This document shows positions 26,501 to 38,800 of a stretch of 64,000 nt of DNA, in pieces. The stretch lies in the NCBI GenBank assembly GCA_051362555.1, contig CM120640.1:25282225-25346224 (forward strand), written 5' to 3'. The notes under the pieces were generated by a model that saw only the letters and a list, made by a program, of their open reading frames with translations, ran no database searches and was not told the DNA's origin. Made by a program: the position numbers and the translations under genes. How positions within the stretch are numbered: the first letter of the stretch is position 1; each line of letters opens with the position of its first letter. Origin of the DNA: Lingula anatina. Its lineage: Eukaryota; Animalia; Brachiopoda.

Positions 26501-29500
26501 ATACATATATACCATAAAATTTCATTTTTATAAACTGCACACATTAATAAATAAAACTTTAATTTGCTAGGGTACTGTAAATCATGAACCCTGTATGTCA
26601 GTATGTCATCCAGTGGTGAGAGTTGATAACAAAGAATTAAATAAACCAGTCATGATTAAATGGAAATTTTAAGAGTCACATTATAGAAAACCTTCCAAGG
26701 ACATCAATGTTGAATTCTACAAAAAAGTGCTATTATTACTGAATCACTGTGATCACTGTGTAAGAAAAGTGAATAACAGAAATAACTTTAAAAAAAGATG
26801 GTTTTTTACCAAACACCCCTAAATGATAATGCCTTTCTTTACATTTATGTCGCATGTGCACTGCTCAAACAACTGTGAATTCATTTGGTCTTTAAATAGA
26901 ATATTACAGAGTTTTACAGACATTTTTCTATCTATCAAGGTTTTAATGTCTGGTTATCCCAATATTGGGCCTCCCAGTCATTTGAAGAGTTCAATAGCTT
27001 ACCTTGAGATCTTCATGCCTGGGCATCATGGTGATCTTATTGCCATCAATGCTGATCACTTTGCCCTGGAGATGGATCAATTCTCCCTCACACACTTCCA
27101 CATTGTCTCCAGGTGCCAGGTTGTGAGAGACTTCAGACACGCTGCGAGATTCTGGAACCACTTAACTGGAGTTAAGGTATATGCTTTGGTACTACAAGAC
27201 ATGATATATATATATAAGAAGGCTACAAAATCAAATCTATTAGATTGTTCATGGTTCCGAGATTTTCTATTTTGTAATCTTTAGATAATTATCACTAAAA
27301 TATTACTAAAAAAGGACATATAAGTCACTCTAGTCCATATTTTTCTCATTTTCTTTAAAACTTCGATGAGGAAAAAAAATTGATCATCATCTTTAAGCAA
27401 AATTTCCAAATGAAAACATGAATTAAGTGATGTGTTTGTGAATGTGCGTGCATGCATGTGCATAGAGAAAGTAAATATTGCCATATGTAAGCATACAGCT
27501 TTTTCAGTGTCCCTTTTTTTTAGTTAAATATTAAAAAAAAAGTATATCCACAAACATAAAAGGAATCAATATGGATTGAAGGATACGTTCCACTGAAGCA
27601 TCTTCAGGCTGGTCCTCAAACTTCTCCAACTCTGACAATGTAGGCTTCACACCCTCTGCAACCTGAGGTAGTAAAACAATGACACATCAGTGATAACTGC
27701 CACCAGTAAAGGGCAGAATTACATGCTTCAAGTCTCTTCCAATAAATTATTTAGTTCAGTTTTGATTCATTAAGATATAGAATTATAGAAATCAATACAA
27801 AAACAAAAACCACTCAAACTTATATGTAGATACAGAAAGTTAGTAATTATCCTTTAAATTTTCATATGCCACTTATAATTTCATTTAATGCTCCTACAGT
27901 GAATGCTTAGGGAAACATATGTCTTGGTTTCAAAGAAGTTCTTATCTACAACTTCTTAACTGTAAAAATCACTATCAATACACTTCCTTACAAAATAAGT
28001 GGCTCACAACTCGTTTAAAATTAACAGTAAAACAATTAACAAAACAACATAAAACAGTCAGACTATCTGAAAATGTGAAAGATATGTTTTTTCAATTCTT
28101 GTTTCCATCTCTGTTGTCTATCGGTGCTACTTACTATTGCAGCCATTACAAAGCTTTTGAATAGAAATCCTTTGCGACTGTATCTGTTGCCTTCAAAGAT
28201 GAAGAAATCTCCATCTGATGTCACCTCACCACCAATTGACCTGAAAACATTAGTTATATATCACAATTAAAAATTGGTAAAAGAAGAGGATCACAGTTCC
28301 CAACATATTTCTGGAGAAAGGACCTTCTGACAAGATATCCTTTATCTGTATACTTATCTATATATTTTGCCATTAAATACTGAAACATAAGAACAAACCC
28401 AATGTCAGGGTAATTTCAAACCAGACTTAAAACCTTCAATGGACGACAGCAAAAAGGTTTACCTGATGGCATCTATATCAAACAATTTCTGTGTTGGTCG
28501 CTTGGCTCTTTTCCTCTTCTCTGGCTCCTACAACAGTAAAAGAAAATTCAGGAAAAAATCATTCAAGATTTATAAAACATAAAGTTAAATGCAAAAATCT
28601 GCACTGTGGTTCTGAAGTTCTCCTTCAAATCAAGATGGATTTCACTTTTAGCAACTGTCATCAAACAGTGGCATTTTCATTTGGCTATTACCAATAAAAT
28701 AAAACCTAAAAATATTAATAAATTAAGTTCATGATATCAAACAAGGCAGCAAAGCTGTCAAATGTACAGACAAAGAACAGAAAATAAAGATGCAAATAAG
28801 TGAAAAATTAAATTTTCACAAAAAACTGTTAAATTGCCAGAAAAGTTTACCAAACAGACTGTGTTGCCAATTGAAGCTGTATGTTAGACCCATGTTTCTT
28901 TCCTGTAAGTTTGAGAACAGTAAGTGACATGATTTCCCTTAAATGGTCATCATAGGAGCAGTGCCCAAAATAGGGGTTTCTTCAAATTTTGATGCAACAT
29001 TACATAATGTTTAACAGCATAATGACAATCAAATGTTATTAATAAAATATTAGTAACATGGACATTCAGAAAATGTGACAAGCAAAAGTCTTCAAGATCA
29101 TGGAACTTTAAAGTCACACCTTGAAAATGCCAATATGTGAAAAATTAAATTTTCACAAAAAACTGTTTAACTGCCAAAAAAATAAATAAATAAATAAATA
29201 AAAATATCAAACAGACTGCATTGCCTACTGAAGCTGTATTTTAGTCCCATGTTTCTTTCCTGTAAGTTTGAGAACAGTAAGTGACATGATTTTCCTTAAA
29301 TGGTCATCATGGAAGCAGTGCCCAAAATAGGGGTTTCTTCAAATTTTGATGCAATATTACATAATGTTTAACAGCTTAATGACCATCAATTTTTAATTAT
29401 AAAATATTAGTATCACAGATATTCAGAAAATGTGACTAGCAAAGGTCTTCAGGCCCATGGAACTTCAAAGTCACGCCTTGAAAATGCCAAAATGTAAACA

Positions 29501-32500
29501 AGACAGCACTGTTCTGAAATGGGTTTATTTCCATTTTTAACACTTTTTTAACATAAAACAAAATAAACATTTTACTGCCATTTTATATGACCAACTAAGA
29601 AAATTGATGAGATGGGAAAAGTATCAATAGAACAGTGTTAAATGTCCAATTTCCTCCATTCTGAGATTCTGAACATAGTGGATGATTGAATCTGACAAAC
29701 TGCAATGATATGAGTTTATTTCCATTTTTGACACTTTGTTACACAATACATGATAACAAGTTTACCATGTTTTTTACATAATCAACTAACAATGTTGTAA
29801 AGATGCAGAAAATATCAAACAAACACTTTTAGGCATCTTATTAGTTAAATAATGAGACTGTTAACATGCCTAATAATTGAATCTGAGGAAATTTGAAAAA
29901 CAGTATAACTTCTAAAATAATGGCCCGATTATGCTGATTTTCGAACTCAACCTGCGTTTTAGTAAGATTGACCACTCCTGTGAGTATAATTACAATTGGC
30001 CAATCCGTTTTTCTTATATTGTGTTATCAGTGTTGTATTTATATTGAAAATAGTGAAAAAACAGCATAAATTCCCTAAAAATGGCCCAATCATGCTGATT
30101 TTCGAACTTGACCTGCGTATTATGAATATTCATCAGTTCTGTAAGTTTCAAGTCACAAGGTAAAATGGTTTTCCACTTATCGTGTTATCGGTGCTGCACA
30201 TATGCTGAAAAAAGTGAAAAAACAGCATAAATTCCCTAAAAGTGACCCGATCATGCTGATTTTCGAACTTGACCTGCGTATTATAAATATTCATCAGTTC
30301 TGTAAGTTTCAAGTCAAAAGGTAAAATGGTTTTCCACTTATCGTGTTATCGGTGCTGCATATATGCTGAAGAAAGTGAAAAAACAGCATAAATTCCGTAA
30401 AAGTGACCCGATCATGCTGATTTTCGAACTTGACCTGCGTATTATGAATATTCATCAGTTCTGCAAGTTTCAAGTCAAAAGGTAAAATGGTTTTCCACTT
30501 ATCGTGTTATCGGTAAAAGTGCATGGCGACGACGACGGCGACGACGACAGACGCAGATGATGGCTATATGTACAGACACATCTGTGTCTGTACATAAAAA
30601 TTGCTATAGATACTAAGATTTCGGAGAATTGAATATCAGGATTAATCTTTTTCTTCAAATTAATACTTTGTAGTCACACTGGACATATTATATTCACTAT
30701 GGTACATAATATGATATTTTTATGATGATCATCAAAGCATTATATATAATATTTTTATAGATAAAGATAAATCAGTACATCTGTATACAGTTCAATACTT
30801 ACATTGGCACTTGATCTTAAAACACCCCTCATTTTGCTGTAATCAATCCTAGGAATAAGCTTCAGGTGCACCACATTCTGTGAGGGCTCCACATAATCCA
30901 CCTAGGGAATAGGAGAGAAAACAACCATGTATGCATACTTGCACATGCCTATACTGGGCTACTGCTACCATTTTTTTTACAAGATTTAAATATGCTGACC
31001 AAAAGAAAAAAAGACAAAAAAGTCATTTTATGACAAAGCTGTTTTCTTTTTTATTGCTGTTTCTGGTAGAGTAGATCCTACTGGTGATATTCAGCACATG
31101 CACACCAAAAAGTGTCAAACAAATCTACATTCCAAATGTGCATGGTTTAGCTAGAATTCAACAAAAACTCTAGAAGCTTGCCCCTCCACCAAACCTACCT
31201 GTGCCAGATCATCCTTGTATAGCCCTCTTTTCAGTCTCACCCAGGCCTTTGCTTTAAGGTGAACTGTCTCCTTCACCACTTTCAATACATCTGTCATCTC
31301 TTTGATGGGAACCATCTGTAAAACAAACAAGATGTTCCTTTAAAGAAAACTGAGGATGGTAAGGCAATCCAATTCTTTAAGATGATGTTACACAGGTTAC
31401 ATCAATTCTAAAATACGAATTCTGATAGACTGTAGAACCTACAGAAGGACAATGTAGAGCTATTGTCCAAGCTGATATATGAGTACCTATAAACAAAGAC
31501 ATCTATATTTATGGTCATCAAATGTGTCAAATTCTATTGAAATCCTTCTTAATTCTTCAAGTGGTTTTTTTACACAAAACTCTGCAATGTGCTAACTGAC
31601 CCACAAAAAGAGGCTCCTATTTACTCCCTTGTAACTTACTAAACTAGAGTATAAAAATAAAGAATAAAAGTTGGGTTATTGCATACCTGTTGTTGCCACA
31701 TTCCCATTCTCAAATTGCCCACTCCCTCTATGGCTTGTTTGACGTGGGTCTGCTTGTAAGCTTCTACATAAATGTAGCCCTTCAACCCCTCTTTGGCTAT
31801 CACAGATTTGATTTGCAAAGGCTAAAATCATAAACCACATACCAATAAATACGATATGACATAAAATAGTTTGTAAGGGAACTTGGGAACTTATGTTTTT
31901 TCATATTAATTCTTAATTCATACAAGGACAATGTTCACACAAGAAATGATAATATAAAATTGTTTAACAAAGACTTTGTTTGGCCTGAAGTAAGTTTCAT
32001 AGAAACAACAATGAACAGTAATCTGGAATCAATTCTTGATCACATTACCAATTATCTGTTTTTAGTGCTATTTTCACAAAATATTATATCATAAGTGTAA
32101 CTCATAAATGTGAAAGAAGACATAAGATGAAGTTTTTAACAAACCTCATCTGTGAACTGATAGGCAATGAACTTCCTCATCAAGGCAATAACTGTGGCTT
32201 TTTCTTCACCCATTCTACACTTGACTACCCATAGATTTGGATCTCTAGAAAATAGAAAAAACACTCATAAATATTATGTCTATTCAAATTAAACAAGAAA
32301 TATGAAAATAAGCCACATAAGACATATCAATCAGATAGCAGTCATAAGTTGTAAAATAGAAATAAATACATATGTGCATAATCTGATTTTTACTTCTTCA
32401 TTTACTAACTTGGTGTGTTTCACACTTAAAGGGATAATAACTCTTTGTATGAGATCTATATTTCACAATAAAAACATTGTGAATAACTCATATTAATATA

Positions 32501-34653
32501 ATATATTCTGTTTTACCACAAAAACGGCAGTTATAGCTATTATTCTGATATCTGAGCTTGTCTTTAGACCACGTGACCTCCATTGATGGCTATACTCTGT
32601 TAAAATCTCTTAAGAGATTTTAACAAAAAACCAAACTTTTTAGAAAAAAACCAGGGACTAACTTTGAATGTAAAAATGGATTCATTAACCATTGGCAAGT
32701 ATGGGAAAATTGTTGTTTACTCCAGGAAAATTCATTTTTTGGCCGAAACGAAGAGTTATTATGCCTTTAAATATAATTACAACATTCCAAATGATAAAAA
32801 AATCATATTATTTGTAAATATAGTGAATAATCTTCAGTTTAATCCTATGAACTTTTAAACACTGTGTCTATACAATTTAAGTTTTATCAATTCAAAGTTA
32901 CTAACTTTACACCAGGCAACAATCCTTGCTGTGTGATTTCATCAGACATTTCCTCTCCTTCTCCAAACCTCTCTGCCATGGAGCTGTCAGCATACTTGCG
33001 TCTGTAGTATTCTTCAATTTCATCTTCATTCTGAGTGCTAAAACAGGTAATACATAGCTGTGGTTCAAACAAAAAAATACATATCTGGGAACTGAATTAT
33101 ATTCCAATCAGTTTTTTCTTTGAGGATCAGCCATCTGCAACTATGGTCTTTTTACTTTTTTTTTTTTTTTTGGACATTATTGTCATCTCCATCAAGATGT
33201 ATTCTATGACTTTATTTTCTCGAAGGACTCCGAGTTAAATGTAAAGCCCTGAGCTGGAAGCAACATAATAAGTCTGCCTCAAATTTTTCATACAGGTTTT
33301 AAAAAAAACTTGCATAAAGATAGTTGAAGCTATGTACCTCCACATTTGCTCCATGCGCCTTCTGCTCTCAATGTCCCTGGCGCTAGGACCTTCAAATCCA
33401 GTTTTACGGTCTATAATGTCTTCAGCACCTTCTTCCCATTCCAGATCTTCCTCATCTTCCTCACCCTCCTCATCAACATCTACAGAACAGAACTTATCAT
33501 CTTAAGACTTTGTCATAAAGAATAGAAGTTGTATGCAAGTCATATCTTATACTTTCTAAAACTGAACATTTAAAACTAGAAAACAAAAGCACATTTTCAC
33601 TGCATTATTTTCACCATGACTTTTGTTTTGACATAGTGGCACTATCAGAAAGCAAAAAGACAATTTTTTTTATTTTGCCAATCATTCCCATTAACTTTAG
33701 GACAGTAAGGCTTTCACGTCATCTAAACCAATATGTTCAGTTAATTCAAACAAAAAACTAACCAGCTTCTTCTAGGATGAATCCTGAATGCTTTGATTTC
33801 TTTCTTTTATGTCTGACATCAGTATCTTCATATTCTTCAGAATCATACTCCTTATGAAATAAGAAGGAAAAATAACATTTCAACATTTGCAAATTCAAAT
33901 GAGGGAAAACAAATGACTGAATTAACCCTCATTACACACAAATTCATCATCTTCACTCACTCACAACCTAAGTTACAGTCAAATCTCAATTCTTTAAAAG
34001 GAATTAAACAAAACTCTTTGCTGACATTTGTTTAAAGAAAAAGTCCTTGCCTCATCATCGTCATCCAGGTCTTCTCCTTCTGGTTCTTCCTCTGGTTCTG
34101 GATCCTCTTCCTCGCCTTCCTCTGCCTCACTGTCATGAATCCTACGCCCCTTTCTTCCAATATCACTCCCTTCATCTTCATCCTGTAATGATTTTTATCA
34201 AAATATGCATTCAAATGCTGTCTAATCAAAAACTATTAAGGCCTGTCTCCTGGACTTTTTATGTCTCCAGCATCTATTTATATTTTTGCCTAAAAGGGGA
34301 AGGGGGTGCTGTGTAAAAGGGGTGGCAAGAAGTTATGTTGGTTAATTTGGTGGTTTCATGTACATCTTCCTGTTAATTTGTATCATTTGGCAGTATTGTA
34401 GTTGTATTGTAGGTGTATATCTTTGTTGTAGTTTTTTGTTTTTAATAGCTTTAGTAGGTACTCATTATCCTTGAACTTATATAAAATGTATTCAACATAT
34501 TTACCCAATTATTTAATCAGGAATTTTGTTAAATTATAAAATATTTCTATCAAAGGCAAATCAAAGAAAAAACATAAAGAGAAGTAAGAGCCCTACCTCA
34601 CTTCTCCTATCCTTCTCATCTTCAGAATATACACTTCCTTCACTATCTGACAT
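17571..34653 (-). CDS. SUPT5H: Transcription elongation factor SPT5 (DSIF large subunit), 26 coding exons, ~1061 aa
   Basis: Exons 34597-34653, 34051-34182, 33763-33850, 33338-33479, 32906-33037, 32145-32244, 31687-31821, 31199-31315, 30803-30901, 28463-28527, 28135-28240, 27587-27662, 27003-27160, 26260-26415, 24398-24495, 24017-24086, 23192-23317, 22725-22850, 22256-22439, 21729-21834, 20620-20841, 19757-19947, 19293-19442, 18580-18692, 18049-18144, 17571-17711 join in phase. Acidic N-terminus MSDSEGS..., NGN domain ([28 protein letters not shown]), KOW motifs ([26 protein letters not shown]), CTR repeats [14 protein letters not shown]. Confidence 0.97.
27161..27586 (-). other. U12-type (minor spliceosome) GT-AG intron in SUPT5H
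   Basis: Donor C|GTATCCTTC; branch point CCTTAAC (27177-27171) 10 nt before the in-frame AAG acceptor; no polypyrimidine tract. Confidence 0.8.
28800..29495 (+). repeat. Diverged tandem duplication, ~337-bp unit x2
   Basis: GTGAAAAATTAAATTTTCACAAAAAACTG... starts at 28800 and 29137, both copies ending ...CCTTGAAAATGCCAA. Confidence 0.9.
29893..30513 (+). repeat. 161-bp tandem (satellite-like) array, ~3.8 copies
   Basis: GTGAAAAAACAGC at 30053, 30214 and 30375, plus a diverged first copy; the core ATGCTGATTTTCGAACT occurs in each unit. Confidence 0.93.
32598..32625. repeat. Perfect 28-bp palindrome
   Basis: TGTTAAAATCTCTT|AAGAGATTTTAACA. Confidence 0.9.
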
Positions 34654-35629
34654 TCTGATTGATTGGCACCTGTGTACTTAAATTACCTAGAGCAAATGAC
34701 ATTAAATTATTATATATTATACCATATATACATATAATCATAAGAGCATGTTTTTCCAATGTTCAGGAGAACTTTCAATATCAACTCTTCGCAGCTCATG
34801 AATATAAACACACATTACTATTAATAATCACTAGAACACACACACAAAAAAAACCTCAAATTAAAATATTATATACAATATATTTCTTATACAACAGTAT
34901 ACTATACATATTAACCTTAACCATCATAACTAAATGGAGGGCAGACTTTCTGTTGCACAGACCCTCAGTTTCCTTACACTAGCACTTGGATCAGTGACCA
35001 AGCTGACCATCTCATCCAAGTAACTCATCTTGAGCGTGCTAGCTAAGTAATGTGAATTGAATAACAATGACCTTATTTTCATAGAACAAAGCAGCACGTA
35101 GCAAGGCAGGCATTACACACTCTAGTATTAAATAATGATAAAGGCATGGTACATGCATTTATACAAGTTACAAGGCCCTTACCAACTGTAAAACCTGGAA
35201 GAGAAAGCGTACCTAGAATAATTACACTTTCCAACATGGAGTATATACAAAGTTAAATGCCTGTATTTGATTTCGTTTTTACTATTTTTGCATTTTGCTT
35301 TCATACAAATTACTTAAGCAGACTTTTATAAAACGCTACATTATTATATGAACATAACAGAAATATCAAATGTATTTCATATATATTTTACATCCAAGTT
35401 TACTATATAGAAAAAAGTAAAATCTTTACTCCAAAAGAGAGCAACAGCTCCATTTGAGAAAGGTGCATAATTAGCGGAAAAAAGCGATACTTTTTCAAAA
35501 TATACACTAATTGACTAAATCATTTGAAGTTGCATAACTGTTGTAACTCATGTACAAATTTAGGAAGGGCATATCATAATTTTAATTAAGATGCATTTGG
35601 AGAAACAAAACATCCTGGACTGTGGTGTT

Positions 35630-35860
35630 TAATTCAGTAATTTATTCATATGACGTCATGCGTGGCGATCCGCCTAAGCTAGTCCGCCATCTTTGCCAGC
35701 ACAAAGATATGGGCGTAAATGCCATGAAGAAACTGCGTGAAGGCAAACGGATAAAGGACCTATTACTTACACATTCTTAGTATACTTCAAAGCTCAGATT
35801 GTTAAGTTTATCTGGGTATAAGAATCTTCTCAGTGAATTGGTTAAATACTGAGAAAATGT
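35630..35860. promoter_or_regulatory. Putative bidirectional promoter shared by SUPT5H and the ZC3H4-like gene
   Basis: Divergent start codons ~1.2 kb apart. CpG-enriched patch with CRE palindrome ATGACGTCAT (35650-35659) and YY1-type CCGCCATCTT (35684-35693). A minus-strand donor GTAAGT at 35770 could end a SUPT5H 5'UTR exon. Confidence 0.6.
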
Positions 35861-38800
35861 CCCTTGAAAGTGTGTTTGCCAACCCTCCTCCATTGGTTAG
35901 GGAGGATAACAAAGATTCTGGGATTGAAGACAAAGAAAGGTCGAGTATCCAGCGAGGTTAACTACATAAACCTTTTCCATTTTCTCTGTAGCTTGTTCAG
36001 GAAACACAATTTGCAGTGAGGTCTCCTTTAGGTACGAGGGGAGAAGGTAAAAAGGAGAAACCCCAAGGAAAGGAAACGTGCATAATTTATGTTAATGAGC
36101 CAAAGAGCCAATTTATTTTCTTTCCCCGACTCCAGTCGACCGTCACATAAACATCTAAGTTTTTAACTAGTTTACCAGGTTATTACCCTAAATTGCATGT
36201 CCTGTACTGAATATGGGAGGGTAATCGAAACAAATAGAAGGTAGGTAAAGGAAGAAGTTTGATGAAGGTCAAGGGGTCAAATTGAAACAAAATGGCCACC
36301 CAGCATTAGGTCATGTGACGGGAGAGTTCAAGGAAAGTAGGTTATAGGGAGGAAGGGTTGATCAATATATTTATTTTTCATGAGAAAGTTACTGTTAGTG
36401 CTTGATCTTTTTTGTGAGCACCCTCTTGTTTTTACAAAGGAGATATCTGTAAACATATCAAATCTGGTAAAATAAGGGCTATAATTAGTTGTTGACCCAT
36501 TTTTCCTTGCTAATATATTTTACTGGCTCCTTAATGCGATTTTGCATTATGTAACTGTGAAGTCACATTCATTAATTTATATGTAAACACATTTAGCTTA
36601 GTTTTTCTATAAGATTGTTTTTTTTTTTTTTTTTTTTAATTTTTTGATTAATTTATTTATGGACCTTTGTTAATGTATCTATTGCAGGAATTGAACCGAA
36701 TTCTTTAAAATCTCATTGGGAATAAGTTCTGCAGCATTTCTGTAGTTTTTTTTTTTTAATTTTTTCCATACTAGTTTACATTTGTAAATTTTTGGGGAAA
36801 ATAAAGCAGGAGAGCAAATATTGAGTCCTCGCCCAATTAAGGGACCTCACTGCAGTCTGTGTATCTTAAGCGTATCTTTGGATCAATGTGTTAGACTAGC
36901 ATATTCTAATTTCTGCATCTAGCTATTCTGTGTTGTATGCATGCATTTAATGTGCAAACGCTCCTGTCCTTGTCCAACATACTGCACCACTTCCCGGAAT
37001 GTATGTTCCCTCACTTGTTGAAAAAATGTCTCCCAAGACTGAATGAAACAAAGTGCATAAAATAAACAACACCAACACATTTGAGATGTACCCTAAAAAG
37101 TAGTTACAGAATTAGCAAAGATGAAACTGATGCATAACAGAATGGTGAGAAAAATTACAATAAAAAGAGAGAAAGATGAAGCAAGAATATATACTGTTTA
37201 ATGGCTTTAGATGTAGACATTTGAAAATGTTTATAAGACAAAATTTTAACTACTACTGCTTAGGTAAAATTACCATAAACTCCAATCTAATCAATTTTAG
37301 AACAACATAACCAAAGTTTTGTGCCTCATATACCTTAAATTTATTAATTTTTTTACAAAACAAATATATATATATATGTTCTAACTCATTATAATGTGAA
37401 CAAAAGAAGAAAGTGGTTAATGCTGTCATATTAATTGGATTTGTATGTGCAATATTTATCTCCACCCAACAAAGTGACAAAGTTTTAGATATTGGTATTG
37501 TCTTCTACAAATTAACTGCCTACTAGGCTGCAAGACCTGTTCAAATGTCTTTAAAAAAAAAAGGTCTTGAAAAGTTGAGAAAAATACAAATTTGATAATT
37601 TTTATAGCCTTATTTTGCATTTGATTTGCAGTCCTTTTTATGGTTGTTTTTTTTTTATGTAATTTTCCAAACAATTTTATGAAATTTCAAACAAGTTTTA
37701 ATTCTTTATCCAGAATGAGATTGACTGTGGAAGAAGTCCACATTTTATTCTTTGTTTTGTTTTGGAATATTCAATATTACAAGCTGAAAAAACTCAAGAT
37801 GTATTTATTTGGGTGGTGTGGGGGAGTAGTGGAAGGGAAGAGAAATTGTATCCATTTTCAATTTTTCAAGTTCTAGAACACTTAGTATTTGAAGTCTGTC
37901 ATTAGGTGATTTGATGATGTAAAAGTAGCCCTCTCTGCCCCCAACAAAAGTAAACAAATGAACAATGAAAAAATTGGAATGAAAAAGATAAAATAAGAAT
38001 TAAAACAAAATAAAGAATGGTGATAATGTATACCACATTGTCGTAATTTAAAGATTGAACCAATCGATATTAAACCAAAAATCCTTTTTAGGTATAGAAA
38101 ATTCCCCATTTTACTAAAATCAGTTCTTATAGCTTGCTTGCCATAATGATCATAATATTGATGTTATATCATTACATTGCAATATTACCTTCATTGTTCA
38201 ACACCACATGATTTACATGACCTTAGGACTCGGTAAATTCTCACATTAGGATTCAGTACTGCAAAAATAGTAGAATGATATATTGCCTACCTTAAATTTT
38301 GATTGTAGGAAAGGTTACATTTGTAAACTGATAATTATCTTCAAATATGCACCATAGTTTGAATCTTGTAGATATCTCAAATTGAAACTCTGGCATACTT
38401 GCAATTTGATGGTTTTCATCCAAAAAGACAAAACTTTGAAAGAAGCACTGACCATATTTATAAGGACTTAACTGTCTCTGAATGTGATAAAGAGCTCATA
38501 CATGTATATTCAAATAAAACCTGAACTTCAATTTTAGCTAATGGAACTTTTGCAATTGTGAAATACCTGTACAGAAAGCTTGGCGACAATACTTTTTTAT
38601 ATGTTTAAAAAGAATCATTTACCTAACTAGTACCTTAAAATTTACAAACTCCTATGGAATATGTGGTAAAATGTTTTATTATAATGATAAAAGGATGCAC
38701 ATAAAAAAAAACTGCTATGCCCCATATTTTCTGTAATTAATGAAACTAGAATTTTTCACTCAGTTCTTTGTGCATTTGGAGCCCAAGATAGAAGTATGTT

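Larger units (their letters stand above)
28739..30600. mobile_element. HINE/pearl-like (Helentron-associated) non-autonomous element in a SUPT5H intron
   Basis: Starts AACAAG. Subterminal ATGTACAGACA (28762-28772) recurs in a perfect terminal hairpin TATGTACAGACACA-TC-TGTGTCTGTACATA (30567-30596), which is preceded by a (GAC)n microsatellite and followed by an A-run. Interior is tandem repeats. Confidence 0.65.

Noticed and set aside
26823-27284. 153-aa plus-strand ORF
   Set aside because: Antisense to a SUPT5H KOW exon; no independent coding signal.
29893-30513. Regular array considered as a CRISPR-like locus
   Set aside because: Units repeat in full with no unique spacers, there are no cas genes, and the context is a eukaryotic intron.
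35945-35952. GTATCCAG near ZC3H4 exon 1 as a further U12 donor
   Set aside because: Lacks the TT at +7/+8, is in the wrong phase for the next exon, and no U12 branch point precedes 39176.
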